Source: Mobula hypostoma
Taxonomy: Eukaryota
DNA: 64,000 nt
Reading direction: 5' to 3'
Assembly (NCBI RefSeq): GCF_963921235.1
Contig: NC_086097.1
Location: 310,001 to 374,000, forward strand
Position numbers and translations under genes: made by a program. The notes beneath the pieces are model-generated. The model saw only the letters and a program-made list of their open reading frames with translations, did no database searches and was not told where the DNA came from. Numbering within the stretch: the first letter of the stretch is position 1; every line of letters begins with the position of its first letter. Shown here in pieces: positions 11,730-25,631 of this stretch.

Positions 11730-12885
11730 ACTAATGTAGGAAGCAGAGAGGCTTCAAAAGGACTTAGACAGATTGGGAGACTGGGCAAAGAAATGCCAGA
11801 TGGAAAACAGTGTCGGGAAATGTATGGTCATGCACTTTTGGAGAAGAAATGAAATGGTAGACTATTTTCTAAATGGAGAGAAAATTTGAATAACTGAGAT
11901 GCAAAGAGACTTGGGCATCCTTTTGCAGGATTCCTTGGAGGTTAATTTGCAGCTTGAGTCAGTGTGAGGAAGTCAAATATGATGTTAGCATTCATATCAA
12001 GAGGACTAGAAGATACTGGCATTGTACCGGATGACTGGAAAATTGCAAATGTTACTCCGCTATTTAAGAAGGGTGGGAGGCAGCAGAAAGGAAGCTATAG
12101 ACCTGTCAGCCTCACATCAGTGGTTGGGAAGTTGTTGGAATTGATTGTTAGGGATGAGATTACAGAGTACCTGGAGGCACATGACAAGATAGGCCAAAGC
12201 CAGTAGGGTTTCCTGAAAGAAAAATCCTGCTTGACTAACCTGCTGCAACTTTTTGAGGAAATTACAAGCAGGGTAGACAAAGGAGATGCAGGAGATGTGT
12301 ACTAGGATTTTCAGATGGCATTTGACAAGGAGCCCCATATGAGGTTGCTCAGCAAGATATGAGCCCATGGAATTACAGGGAAGTTACGGGCATGGGTGGA
12401 GCATTGGCTGATACGCGGAAAACAGAGAGTGGGAATAAAGGGATTCTATTCTGGCTGGCTGCTGGTTAGCAGTGGAGTTCCACAGGGTTCGGTGTTGGGA
12501 CCGCTGCTTTGTATGATGTATGACAATGATTTGGGCTATGGGATTATTAGATTTGTGGCTAAATTTGCTGATGATACAAAGATAGGTGGAGGAGGGCCTA
12601 GTGTGGAGGAAACAGACAGCCTGCAGAGAAACTTAGATAATTTAGTGGAATGGGCAGAGTGGCAAATGAAATACAATGTTGGAAAGTGTATGGCCATACA
12701 CTTCGGTGGAAGAAATAAGCGGGTAGACATTGAGATGAGGAGATAATTCAAAGTGCAGAGATGCAAAGGGAGTTGGGAGTCCTTGTGCAAGATACCCTAA
12801 AGTTCAACCTCCAGCTTGAGTTGGTGGTGAAGAAGGCGAATGTAATGTTGGTATTCATTTCTAGAGGTATATAATATAAGAGCAG
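11730..12885 (+). mobile_element. Mosaic of CR1 ORF2 fragments
   Basis: [34 protein letters not shown]. Confidence 0.8.
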
Positions 12886-15800
12886 GGGGCAGGGATTCGG
12901 ATTTCTGGATCATTGGGACCTCTTTTGGGGCAGGTGTGACCTGTACAAAAAGGACGGGTTGCACTTGAATCCCAGGGGGACCAATATCCTGGTGGGGAGA
13001 TTTGCTAAGGCTACTGGGGAGAGTTTAAACTAGAATTGTTGGGGGGCAGGAACCGAACTGAAGTGACCGGGGAAGAGGCAGTTGGCTCACATATAGAGAA
13101 AGCTTGAAGACAGTGTGTGAGGGAGGATAGGCAGGTGATAGAGAAGGGACACGCTCAGACGGACGGTTTGAGATATGTCTATTTTAACGCAAGGGGTATT
13201 GTGAACAAAGCGGATGAGCTTAGAGCGTGGATCAGTACTTGGAGCTATGATGTGGTGGCCATTACAGAGACTTGGATGGCTCAGGGACAGGAATGGTTAC
13301 TTCAAGTGCTGAGTTTTAGATGTTTCAGAAAGGACAGGGAGGGAGGCAAAAGAGGTGGGGGCATGGCACTGTTGATCAGAGATAGTGTCACAGCTTCAGA
13401 AAAGGTGGACGTCATGGAGGGATTGTCTACGGAGTCTCTGTGGGTGGAGGTTAGGAACAGGAAGGGGGTCAATAACTTTTCTGGGTGTTTTTTATGGGCC
13501 GCCCAATAGTAACAATGATATCGAGGAGCAGATAGGGAATCAGATCCTGGAAAGGTGTAATAATAACAGAATTGTCGTGATGGGAGATTTTAGTTTCTCA
13601 AATATCAATTGGCATCTCCCGAAAGTGGGGGGTTTCAGATGGGGTGGAGTTTGTTAGGTGTGTTCAGGAAGGTTTCTTGACACAATATGTAGATAAGCCT
13701 ACAAGAGGAGAGACTGTACTTGATTTGGTGTTGGGAAATGAACCTGGTCAGGTGTCAGATCTCTCAGTGGGAGAGCATTTTGGAGATAGTGATCTAAATT
13801 CTATCTCCTTTACAATAGCATTGGAGAGAGATAGGAGCAGACAAGTTAGAAAAGCGTTTAATTGGAGTAAGGGGAATTATGAGGCTATCAGGCAGGAAAT
13901 TGGAAACTTAAATTTGGAACAGATGTTCTCAGGGAAAAGTATGGAAGAAATGTGGAAAATGTTCAGGGGATATTTGTGTGGAGTTCTGCGTAGGTATGTT
14001 CCAATGAGACAGGGAAGTTATGGTAGGGTACAGGAGCTGTGGTGTACAAAGGCTGTAATAAATCTAGTCAAGAAGAAAAGAAAAGCTTACGAAAGGTTCA
14101 GAGAGCTGGTTATGTTAGAGATCTAGAAGATTATCAGGCTAACAGGAAGGAGTTTAAAAAGGAAATTAGGAGAGCCAGAAGGGGCCATGAGATCATAAGA
14201 CAAAGGAGCAGAAGTAGGCCATTCGGCCCATCGAGTCTGCTCGGCCATTTTATCATGAGCTGATGCATTTTATCCTATTTAGTCCCACTGCCCCGCCTTC
14301 TCACCATAACCTTTGATGCCCTGGCTACTCAGATACCTATCAATCTCTGCTTTAAATACACCCAATGACTTGGCCTCCACTGCTGCCCGTGGCAACAAAT
14401 TCCATAGATTCACCACCCTCTGACTAAAAAAATTTCTTTGCATTTCTGTTCTGAAAGGGCACCCTTCAATCCTGAAGTACAATGAGAAGGCTTTGGCAGG
14501 CAGGATTCAGTAAGACCCCAAGGCATTCTACAAGTATGTGAAAAGCAAGAGGATAAGACATGAACGAATACACCTATCAAGTGTGACAGTGGGGAAAATG
14601 TGTATGGAACTGGAGGAAATAGCAGCAGTGCTTAATGAATACTTTACTACAGTATTCATTATGGAAAAGGATCTTGGTGATTGTAGTGATGACTTGCAGC
14701 AGACTGTAAAGCTTGAGCATGTAGATATTAAGGGAGAGGATGTGCTGCAACTTTTGGAAAGCATCAAGTTGGATAAGTTGCCGGGACCAGATGAGATGTA
14801 CCCCAGGCTACTGTAGGAGGCGAGGGAAGAGATTGCTGAGCCTCTGGCAATGATCTTTGAATCATCAATAGGGATGGGAGAGGTTCCAGAGGATTAGAGG
14901 GTTGCAGATATTGTTCCTTTATTCAAGAAAAGGAGTAGAGATAGCCCAGGAAATTATAGACCATTGATCTTACTTCAGTGGTTGATAAGTTAATGGAGAA
15001 GATCCTGAGAGGCAGGATTTATGAACATTTGGAGAAGCGTAATATGATTAGGAATAGTCAGCATGGCTTTGTCAAGGGCAGGTCGTGCTTTACGAGCCTG
15101 ATTGAAATTTTTGAGGATGTGACTAAACACATTAATGAAGGAAGAGCAGTAGATGTAGTATATATGGATTTAAGCAAGGCATTTGATAAGGTATCCCATG
15201 CAAGGCTTATTGAGAAAGTAAGGAGGATGGGATCCAAGGGGACATTGCTTTCTGGATCCAGAACTGGCTTGCCCACAAAAGGCAAAGAGTGGTTGTAGAC
15301 GGGTCATATTGTGCATGGAGGTCGGTGACCAGTGGTGTGCCTCAGGGATCTGTTCTGGGACCCCTTCTCTTCGTGATTTTTATAAATGAGCTGCATGAGG
15401 AAGTGGAGGGATGGGTTAGTAAGGTTGGGAATGTTGTGGATAGTGTGGAGGGCTGTCAGAGGTTACAGCAGGATATTGATAGGATGCAAAACTGGGCTGA
15501 GAAGTGGCAGGTGGAGTTCAACCCAGATCAGTGTGAAGTGGTTCATTCTGGTAGGTCAAATATGATGGCAGAATATAGTATTAATGGTAAGACGCTTGGC
15601 AGTGTGGAGAATCAGAGGAATCTTGGGATCCGAGTCCATAGTACGCTCAAAGCAGCTGCGCAGGTTGACTCTGGTTAAGAAGGCATACGGTGTATTGTCC
15701 TTCATTATTCGTGGAATTGAATTTAGGAGCTGAGAGGTAATGTTGCAGCTATATAGGACCCTGGTCAGACCCCACTTGGAGTACTGTGCTCAGTTCTGGT

Positions 15801-16315
15801 CGCCTTAGTACCGGAAGGATGTGGAAACCATAGAGAGGGTGCAGAGGAGATTTACAAGGATGTTGCCTGGATTGAGGAATATGCCTTATGAAAACAGGTT
15901 GAGTGAACTTGGCCTTTTCTCCTTGGAGCGACGGAGGATGAGAGGTGACCTGATAGAGGTGTATGAGGTGATGAGAGGCATTGATCGTGTGGATAGTCAG
16001 AGGCTTTTTGCCAGGGCTGAAATGCTTGCCACAAGAGGACTCAGGTTTAAGGTGCTGGAGAGTAGGTTCAGAGGAGATGTGAGGGGTAAGTTTTTTATGC
16101 AGCGAGTGGTGAGTGCGTGGAATGGGCTGCCGGCAACGGTGGTGGAGGTGGATACGATGGGGTCTTTTAAGAGACTTTTGGATAGGTACATGGAGAGCTA
16201 AGAAAAATAGAGGGCTATGGGTAAGCCTGGTAATTTCTAAGGTCGGGACATGTTCAGCACAACTTTCTGGGCGGAAGGGCCTGTATTGTGCTTTAGGTTT
16301 TCTATGTTTCTATGT
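12885..16315 (+). mobile_element. CR1 LINE subfamily B (end of ORF1, ORF2, 3' tail) with an antisense subfamily-A 3' fragment inserted at 14193-14481
   Basis: ORF1 ends GESLN*; ORF2 YFNARG..RT; (TTTCTATG) tail; insertion flanked by TSD ATGAGA (14187-92 and 14482-87). Confidence 0.88.
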
Positions 16316-17500
16316 GATGTTAAGGTTCCTTAAGGCACTCGTGATACCACGCTTGGAGTATCATGTACAGTTTTGGTCTCCTTATTTTAGGAAGGAGATA
16401 TTGACTTTGTAGAGAGTTCAGAGAAGACTCCCAAGAATGATTTCAGGAATGAAAGGGTTACTCTATGAGGAACGTCTGGCAGCTCTTGGGCTGTATTCCT
16501 TGGAGTTCAGGAGAATGTGGGGATGTCATTGAAACATTCTGAATGTTAAAAGGCCTGAACAGATTAGATATGCCAAAGTTATTTCCCATGGTAGGGGAGT
16601 CGAGGACAAGAGGGCACGACTTCAGAATTGAAGGATGTCCATTTAGAACAGAGATGCGGAGAAATTACTTTAGTCAAAGGGTGGTAGATCTGTGGAATTT
16701 GTTGCCATGAATAGCTGTGGAGGTGAAGTCATTGGGTGCATTTAAGGCAGAGATAGATATGTTCTTGATTAGCCAGGGCATTAAAGGGTATGGGGAGAAG
16801 GCAGGGGATGGGGATGACTGGAAGTATTGGATCAGCCCATGATTGAATGGCGGAGCAGACTCCATGGCCGAATTGCCTACTTCTACTCCTATATCCTGTG
16901 GTCTCATGGACTAGAATATAAAAGGAAGGATGTAATGTTGAGGCATTTTAATGAACTGGTGAGGCCTCATTGTAAATATTGTGAGCAGTTTTGGGCCCCT
17001 TTGAATGGAAGTGCTGAAACTAGAGAGGGTTCAAATGAGATTCAGAAAAATGATTCCTGGATTGAGTGGCTTGTCATATGAAGAGCTCTGGGCCTGGATT
17101 CACTAGAATTCAGAAGAATGAATGGTGACCTAATTGAAACCTATTGAATGGCGAAAGGTCTTGATACAGTGGATTGGAGATGTTTACTCCCATTGGAGAG
17201 TCTAGGACCAGAGCCTCAGAATCGAGGGGCATCCTTTTAGAACAGAGATGAGGAGAAATTTCTTTAGCTAGAGAATGGTGAATCTGTGGAAATCATTGTC
17301 ACAGGTAGCTGTGGAGGCTAAGTCTTTACAAATATTTAAGGCAGAGGTTGAAGGATTCTTGATTGGTGAAGCCGTGAAAGGATACAGAGAAAAGGCAGGA
17401 GATTGAGGCTGAGAGGGAAAAATGGATCAGCCATAATGAAATCGCTGAGCGGACTCGATGGGTCAAATTGCCTAATTCTGCTCTATGGTTTTATGGTCAT
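16316..17500 (+). mobile_element. Two tandem CR1 3'-end fragments
   Basis: ORF2 C-terminal sequence plus 3' stem-loops near 16850 and 17450. Confidence 0.75.
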
Positions 17501-18199
17501 ATGATTCAGTGTGAGTCACATTGTATTGGTGGGAGGAGGCAAAGCATGGTATTACAAAGGATGGGTTTTCAGATGGGAGTCCAAGAGATCAGTGCTTGGT
17601 CTGCTGATGTTTGTCATCTATTTAATGATTTGGATGACAGTGTTAGTAACGTGGACAACATCATCTGTAGTGGACGGAGAAGAGGGTTATTTATGTTGAA
17701 AAGGTGTTGGTCCATGTTCTCTAGATGTCCATAAGAAGGGGACCAGAGATTGGCAAATGGAATATTATAAACACAGGTGGTTCTGCAGATGCTGGAAATC
17801 CAAAGTTACACACACAAAGTGCTGGAGGAATTCAGCAAGCCAGACAGGATCAATGAAAATGAATAAAAAGTCGACATTTCAGGCTGAGAGCCTTGTTCAG
17901 TAAAATGGAATATTATTCAAACTGGTGTAAGATGTTGGATTTTGGTAACTATGGGAGACTTGTACAGTAAATGGTAGCTCTGCGGAAAGTGTTGCAGAGC
18001 AGAATGTGTGAAGGGGACAGGTACATAGTTCTCTCAAAGCAGAGATATAGATAGGCAGAGTGGTGAAGAAGGCAGTTAGTTTGGCAGGGCATTGAATTCA
18101 AGAGTTAAGATGTCATGTTACTCTTGTATGTACAAGATGTTGGTGAGACTGTATTTGGTATATTGTGTGCAGTTCAGCTCAACTACCTCTAGAAAGTAT

Positions 18200-18491
18200 G
18201 TCATTAAGTATGTAATGTTATGTATGTCTTCATCCCCTCTGCCATCTGATTCCTAAATGGACTTTGAAGCTTTGGACACTACCTCACTTTTTTAATATAC
18301 AGTATTTCTGTTTTTGCACATTTTAAAATAATCTATTCAATATACTTAATTGATTTACTTGTTTATTTATTACATTTTATTTATTTTTTTTCTCTCTGCT
18401 AGATTATGTATTGTATTGAACTGCAGCTGCTAAGTTAACAAATTTCACATCACATACCGGTGATAACAAACCTGATTCTGATTCTGATTCT
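18200..18491 (+). mobile_element. LINE 3' end with (GATTCT)n tail; antisense copies at about 685-728 and 1584-1700
   Basis: acaaatttcac..ggtgataacaaacctgattctgattctgattct recurs in three places. Confidence 0.6.
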
Positions 18492-19022
18492 AAAGAGTGA
18501 TACTGGGACTGAAGGCTGAGAGATATAAGGAGAGATTGGACAGGTTGGGGCTGTTTTCTCTGGAGTGCAGGGGATTGAGGTTCATGAAATCATGTGTGAT
18601 ATAGATAAGGAGATTTCTTTTCCCCCATGGTAGAGGAGGCTAAGATAAGGGACATATTTTTACAGTGAGGGGGGAAAAATTTAAAAGGGACCCGAAGGGC
18701 AGTTTCTTCACATTGAGAGTGGTGAGTAAATGGAATGAGCTGTGACACCCTCTCTTAAGGGCTCATATACATACTGGGCTCGTTAGCTAACTCTGCTAAC
18801 AACAAACTCAAGATAGACAAATTGCTCAGCATGGATAAGTTTCGCTGAAAAGCTATTTCTGTGCTGGTTAACTCTATGACTGCCAGTGTGGATGGCTTCA
18901 CATTTTTCCTCATGGCTACTTTCTTGCTCAATCTGCAAACCTTTTGAACTTGTTCCCAGCTATTATCAGCAAACTAATTTGAAATGTGATTGTTCCTATA
19001 ATTGTTCTCCATATATGTTTAG

Positions 19023-19182
19023 GCCTTTTTCTCTACCTTGGTGGCAATGGTTGATATTGACAGGAGTTAACATTGCTGGAGCCCTTGGAGTAAAATTTGT
19101 TGGAATCTTTGTGATCATCCTCATTGGAATTAACACTGCCAGTGACCTCTGGCACCTTCTGGGAATTCTTGACGTATCTTTG
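19023..19182 (+). CDS. POMT2: POMT2 internal exon (equivalent to human exon 6), transmembrane region: (R)[53 protein letters not shown]
   Basis: ttttAG|G acceptor and TTG|GTAAGT donor; 160 bp; peptide resembles POMT2 (GVKFVG motif); splices in frame to the next exon. Exon numbering is from memory of the human gene. Confidence 0.93.
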
Positions 19183-19818
19183 GTAAGTAGCTATTTACGC
19201 AACATTTTCTGAGTTAGGGAATTATACCCTGTGTTATTTATATTTATTGATTTCTGTCCATTTCTTGAAGTCATGTGTCTGTGAACCTCAAAGGAACAAA
19301 TGTCTGAATTTGAGGGAACAATAATTTTGGACTCCATGGAACCATAAAATGGCGGAGCAGAATGATGGGCCGAATGGCCGACTTCTGCTCCTTTGTCTTG
19401 TCTTATGATCTCCAAGAGCTGTGATCTCAGCTGGTCTGGGAAATAATGGTTTTATCTTGGTGTTTGGTTCAAAGATAGATGTGAAAGGTGTTCCTGAAAG
19501 CGGTAATGTGCCAGACTGGAGGATGAGATGGAGTTCCTTGAGGTTTGGGCACTGTGAGAGACCAGACGCATGGTCTGAAAGGGAGTGGAATAGAGACTTG
19601 AGTGATAGCAACAGTGTAGGCACCACTGCAGGCTGAGTAGCTGATGTCCAAAGTGGCCTCTTGAGGGATAGGGAGATAATACTATGAAGGCACAACAAGA
19701 TAAAGTAATTTTCAAAAAAAAGTTGATGTTCAATTTTGGAGGGCAATCCTACAGGCCATCTCAGAGATGTTGCTGTTCTTTCTTTCTGGGCCTTGTGGCT
19801 CATCGGGTGGCAACCTTA

Positions 19819-20672
19819 TAGTCATCGTCATAGTCATACTTTATTGATCCCGGGGGAAATTGGTTTTCGTTACAGTTGCACCATAAATAATAAATAGTAA
19901 TAGAACCATAAATAGTTAAATAGTAATATGTAAATTATGCTAGTAAATTATGAAATAAGTCCAGGACCAGCCTATCGGCTCAGGGTGTCTGACCCTCCAA
20001 GGGAGGAGTTGTAAAGTTTCATGGCCACAGGCAGGAATGACTTCCTATGACGCTCTGTGCTACATCTCGGAGGAATGAGTCTCTGGCTGAATGTACTCCT
20101 GTGCCCATCCAGTACATTATGTAGTGGATGGGAGACAATGACCAAGATGGCATGCAACTTAGACAGCATCCTCTTTTCAGACACCACTGTGAGAGAGTCC
20201 AGTTCCATCCCTACAACATCACTGGCCTTACGAATGAGTTTGTTGATTCTGTTGGTGTCTGCCACCCTCAGCCTACTGCCCCAGCATACAACAGCAAACA
20301 TGATAGCACTGGCCACCACAGACTCGTAGAACATCCTCGGCATCGTCCAGCAGATGTTAAAGGACCTCAGTCTCCTCAGGAAATAGAGACGGCTCTGACC
20401 CTTCTCGTAGACAGCCTCAGTGTTCTTTGACCAGTCTAGTTTATTGTCAATTCGTATCCCCAGGTATTTGTAATCCTCCACCATGTCCACACTGACCCCC
20501 TGGATGGAAACAGGGTCACCGGTACCTTAGCTGTCCTCAGGTCCACCACCAGCTCCTTAGTCTTTTTCACATTAAGCTGCAGACAATTCTGCTCAGACCA
20601 TGTGACAAAGTTTCCTACCGTAGACCTGTACTCAGCCTCATCTCCCCTGCTGATGCATCCAACTAAGGCAGT
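19819..20672 (-). mobile_element. Rex1/Babar LINE 3' portion
   Basis: YKYLGIRIDNKLDWSKNT..QSRLYFLRRLRSF; tail aataaagt(atgact)n. Confidence 0.88.
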
Positions 20673-20739
20673 GTGCTGCTGCTGCTGCTGCTTTTGCGTT
20701 TTTTGTCTGCTTTTTTGCGAGGCCGAGTTGTTCAATCAA

Positions 20740-20835
20740 GTACACATGAAAAGTGTGCAGGGAACCGGTTGGATTTGAACCCGGGACCACACAGCTTGAA
20801 GTCTGGTGATGATTTCACTTCACCACCAGCCAGCT
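20740..20835 (-). mobile_element. tRNA-derived SINE head
   Basis: reverse strand has an A-box-like TGGTGAAGTG and a B-box GGTTCAAATCC; similar to 52590-52660. Confidence 0.55.
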
Positions 20836-21243
20836 GATCATAGAGATGTTTCCATAAGACCATTAGCCATAGGAGCAGAATTAGGCCATCTGGCCCATTC
20901 AGTCTGCTCTGCCATTCAACCATGGCTAATCCATTTTTTCTATCTCCTCCTCAGCCCCAGTTCCCGACCTTCTCCTCGTAACTTATCATGCTATGTCCAA
21001 ACAAGAACCTATCAATCTCTGCCTTAAATACACCTAATGACCTGGCTTCCATAGCTGCATTTGGCAACAAATTCCACGAATCCGCCACCCTTTGGCTAAA
21101 GAATATTTCTCCGCATTTCTGGTTTGAAAGGGCGCCCCTCTATCCTGAAGCTGTGTCCTCTTGTCCTAGACTCTCCCACCATGGGAAACATCCTTTCCAC
21201 GTCTACTCTGTCTAGGCCTTTCAACATTCGAAAGGTTTCAATG

Positions 21244-23180
21244 AGGTTTGCTAAAGCTGTTGGGGAGAGTTTAAACTAGAATTGCAGGTAGGTGGGAACC
21301 GAACTGAAGAGACAGAGGAAGGGATGGTTGGCTCACAGATGGAGAAAGCTTGAAGGCAGTGTGAGAGGGAGGATAGGCAGGTGACAGAAAAGGGATGCGC
21401 CCTGACTGATGGTTTGAGATGTGTCTATTTTAAAGCAAAAAACATCATGAACAAAGCGGATGAACTCAGAACGTGAATCAGTACTTGGATCTGTGATGCT
21501 GTGGCCATTACAGAGACTTGGCTGGCTTAGGGGCAGGAATGGTTACTTAGAGTACCAGGCTTCAGATGTTTCAGAAAGGACAGGGAGAGATGCAAAAGAG
21601 GTGGGGGCCGTGGCACTGCTGATCAGAGGTAGTGTCATGGCTGCAGAAAAGGAGGAAGTCATGGAGGGATTGTCTACTGAGTCTCTGGGTGGAAGTTAGG
21701 AACAGCAAGGGGTCAATAACTCTACTGGGTGTTCTTTTTTTGACCACCCAATAGTAACAGGGACATTGAGGTGCAGATAGGGAGACAAATTCTGTGGTGT
21801 ACAAAGACTGTTGAAAATCTAATCAAGAAGAAAAGAAAAGCTTACAAAAGGTTCAAAAAACTAGGTAATGATAGAGATCTAGAAGATTATAAGACTAGCA
21901 GGAAGGAGTTTAAGAATGAAATTAGGAAAGCTGGAAGGGGCCATGAGAAGACCTTGGTAAGCAGGATTAAGGAAAACCCCAAGGCATTCTACAAGTATGT
22001 GAAGAGCAAGAGGATAAGATGTGGAGAGAATAGGACCAATCAAGTGTGACAGTGGAAAAGTGTGTATGGAACCGGAGGAGATAGAGGAGGTACTTAATGA
22101 AAACCTTGCTTCAGTATTCACTATGGGAAAGGACCTTGGCGATTGTAGGGATGACTTACAGCGGACCGAAAAGCTTAAGCATACAGACATTAAGAAAGAG
22201 GACATGTTGCAGGTTTTGGAAAGCACCAAGTTGGATAAGTCACCGGGACCAGGCGAGATATACCCCAGGCTACTGTGGCAGGCGAGGGAGGAAATTGCTG
22301 AGCCTCTGACAATGATTTTTGCATCATCAATGAGGATGGGAGAGGTCCCGGAGGATTGGAGGTTTGCAGATGTTGTTCCCTTATTCAAGAAAGGGAGTAG
22401 AGATAGCCCAGGAAACTATAGACCAGTGAGTCTTACTTCAGTGGTTGGTAAGTTGATGGAGAACATCCTGAGCGGCAGGATTTATGAACATTTGGAGAAG
22501 CATAATATGATTAGGAAGAGTCAGCATGGCTTTGTCACAGGCAGGTCGTGCCTTATGAGCCTGATGAAATTTTTGAGGATGTGACATTGATTAAGATAGA
22601 GTAGTAGATGTAGTGTATATGGATTTCAGCAAGGCAGTCAATAAGGTACCCCATACAAGACTTATTGGGAAAGTAAGGAGGTATGGGATTCAAGGGGACA
22701 TTGCTTTGTGGATCCAGAACTGGCTTGCCCAAAGAAGGCAAAGGGTGGTTGTAGTCGGGTCATATTCTGCATGGAGATTGGTGACCAGTGGTGTGCCTCA
22801 GGGATCTGTTCTGGGACCTCTTCTCTTCGTGATTTTTATAAATGAGCTGCATGAGGAAGTGGAGGGATGGGTTAGTAATTTTGCTGATGACACAAAGGTT
22901 AGGGTTATTGTGGATCGTGTGGAGGAGGGCTGTCAGAGGTTACAGCAGGACATTGATAGGATGCAAAACTGGGCTGAGAAGTGGCAGGTGGAGTTCAACC
23001 CAGATCAGTGTGAAGTGGTTCATTCTGGTAGGTCAAATATGATGGCAGAATATAGTATTAATGGTAAGACTCTTGGCAGTGTGGAGGATCAGAGGGATCT
23101 TGGGGTCCGAGTCCATAGGACACTCAAAAGCTGCTATGCAGGTTGACTCTGTGGTTAAGAAGGCATATGGTGCCTTCATC
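21244..23180 (+). mobile_element. CR1 subfamily B copy with internal deletions
   Basis: ORF1 end GESLN*, APE start, RT ORFs at 22021-23146. Confidence 0.85.
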
Positions 23181-23542
23181 AAGCCGTGTGGTCCCAAGTT
23201 GCACCTTCCTCACTTTTCGAGAAACACACGTCGTTACTGCTGTGCTGACATGCCTGCCAGCAGCTCCTTCCAATTTACTTTGGCCAACTCCTCTTTCATA
23301 CCACTGTAGTTCCCTTACTCCACTGAAATACTGCTACATCAGACGTTAATTCTCCCTATCAAATTTTAAGTTGAACACAATCATATTGTGATCACTGGTT
23401 CCTAAGGGTTCTTATACCTTAAGCTCCCTAAATACCTCTGGTTCATTCCATAACACCCAATCCAGTATAGCTGATCCCTTAGTAGGCTCAATGACAAAAT
23501 GCTCTAAAAAGCCATCTAATAGGCATTGAACAAACGCACTCT

Positions 23543-25631
23543 ATTTTGAGAGTGCAGAGTTTGTATGTTCCTGTCAGGATTAAAGGCAAATTGAATAGGA
23601 ATAAGGAACCTTGGTTCTCAAGGGATATTGCAACTCTGATAAAGAAGAAGAGGGAGTTGTATGAAATGTATAGGAAACAGGGGGTAAATCAGGTGCTTGA
23701 GGAGTATAAGAAGTGCAAGAAAATACTTAAGAAAGAAATCAGGAGGGCTAAAAGAAGACATGAGGTTGCCTTGGCAGTCAAAGTGAAGGATAATCCAAAG
23801 AGCTTTTACAAGTATATTAAGAGCAAAAGGATTGTAAGGGATAAAATTGGTCCTCTTGAAGATCAGAGTGGTCGGCTTTGTGCGGAACCAAAGGAAATGG
23901 GGGAGATCTTAAATAGGTTTTTTGCGTCTGTATTTACTAAGGAAGCTGGCATGAAATCTATGGAATTGAGGGAATCAAGTAGTGAGACCATGGCAACTGT
24001 ACAGATTGAAAAGGAGGAGGTGCTTGCTGTCTTGACGAAAATTAAAGTGGATAAATCCCCGGGACCTGACAGAGTGTTCCCTCGGACCTTGAAGGAGACT
24101 AGTGTTGAAATTGCGGGGGCCCTGGCAGAAATATTTAAAATGTCGCTGTCTATGGGTGAAGTGCCGGAGCATTGCAGAGTGGCTCATGTTGTTCTGTTGT
24201 TTAAAAAAGGATCGAAAAGTAATCCGAGAAATTATAGGCCGGTGAGTTTAACGTCAGTAGTAGGTAAGTTATTGGAGGGAGTACTAAGAGACAGAATCTA
24301 CAAGCATTTGGATAGACAGGGGCTTATTAGGGAGAGTCAACATGGCTTTGTGCGTGATAGGTCATGTTTGACCAATCTGTTGGAGTTTTTCGAGGAGGTT
24401 ACCAGGAAAGTGGATGAAGGGAAGGCAGTGGATATTGTCTCCATGGACTTCAGTAAGGCCTTTGACAAGGTCCCGCATGGGAGGTTAGTTAGGAAAATTC
24501 AGTTGCTAGGTATACATGGAGAGGTGGTAAATTGGATTAGACATTGGCTCGATGGAAGAAGCCAGAGAGTGGTGGTAGAGAATTGCTTCTCTGAGTGGAG
24601 GCCTGTGACTAGTGGTGTGCCACAGGGATCAGTGCTGGGTCCATTGTTATTTGTCATCTATATCAATGATCTGGATGATAATGTGGTAAATTGGATCAGC
24701 AAGTTTGCTGATGATACAAAGATTGGAGGTGTAGTAGACAGTGAGGAAGGTTTTCAGAGCCTGCAGAGGGACTTGGACCAGCTGGAAAAATGGGCTGAAA
24801 AATGGCAGATGGAGTTTAATACTGACAAGTGTGAGGTATTGCACGTTGGAAGGACAAACCAAGGTAGAACATACAGGGTTAATGGTAAGGCACTGAGGAG
24901 TGCAGTGGAACAGAGGGATCTGGGAATACAGATACAAAATTCCCTAAAAGTGTCGTCACAGGTAGATAGGGTCGTAAAGAGAGCTTTTGGTACATTGACC
25001 TATATTAATCGAAGTATTGATTATAAGAGCTGGAATGTTATGATGAGGTTATATAAGGCATTGGTGAGGCCGAATCTGGGGACTATTGTGTTCAGTTTTG
25101 GTCACCAAATTACAGGAAGGATATAAATAAGGTTGAAAGAGTGCAGAGAAGGTTTACAAGGATGTTGCCGGGACTTGAGAAACTCAGTTACAGAGAAAGG
25201 TTGAATAGGTTAGGACTTTATTCCTTGGAGCGTAGAAGAATGAGGGGAGATTTGATAGAGGTATATAAAATTATGATGGGTATAGATAGAGTGAATGCAA
25301 GCAGGCTTTTTCCACTGAGGCAAGGGGAGAAAAAAACCAGAGGACATGGGTTAAGGGTGAGGGGGGAAAAGTTTAAAGGGAACATTAGGGGGGGCTTCAC
25401 ACAGAGAGTGGTGGGAGTATGGAATGAGCTGCCAGACGAGGTGGTAAATGCGGGTTCTTTTTTAATGTTTAAGAATAAATTGGACAGATACATGGATGGG
25501 AGGTGTATGGAGGGATATGGTCTGTGTGCAGGTCAGTGGGACTAGGCAGAAAATAGTTCGGCACAGCCAAGAAGGGCCAAAGGGCCTGTTTCTGTGCTGT
25601 AGTTTCTATGGTTCTATGGTTTCTATGGTTC
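23543..25631 (+). mobile_element. CR1 subfamily E, 5'-truncated ORF2 (526-aa open RT ORF) with (TTCTATGG)n tail
   Basis: ORFs 23546-25126 and 25141-25545; tail at 25603-25631. Confidence 0.92.

Noticed and set aside
18886..19212. 108-aa ORF as a stand-alone gene
   Set aside because: Only 19023-19182 is the POMT2 exon; the rest is intronic read-through.
20740..20835. Functional tRNA gene
   Set aside because: A B-box is present but I cannot fold a full cloverleaf; a related copy carries a LINE-like tail, consistent with a SINE.
23546..25126. 526-aa RT ORF as a bacterial retron/group II RT or a domesticated gene
   Set aside because: It is a 5'-truncated CR1 ORF2 with a frameshift near the end and a typical CR1 tail; eukaryotic spliceosomal context.
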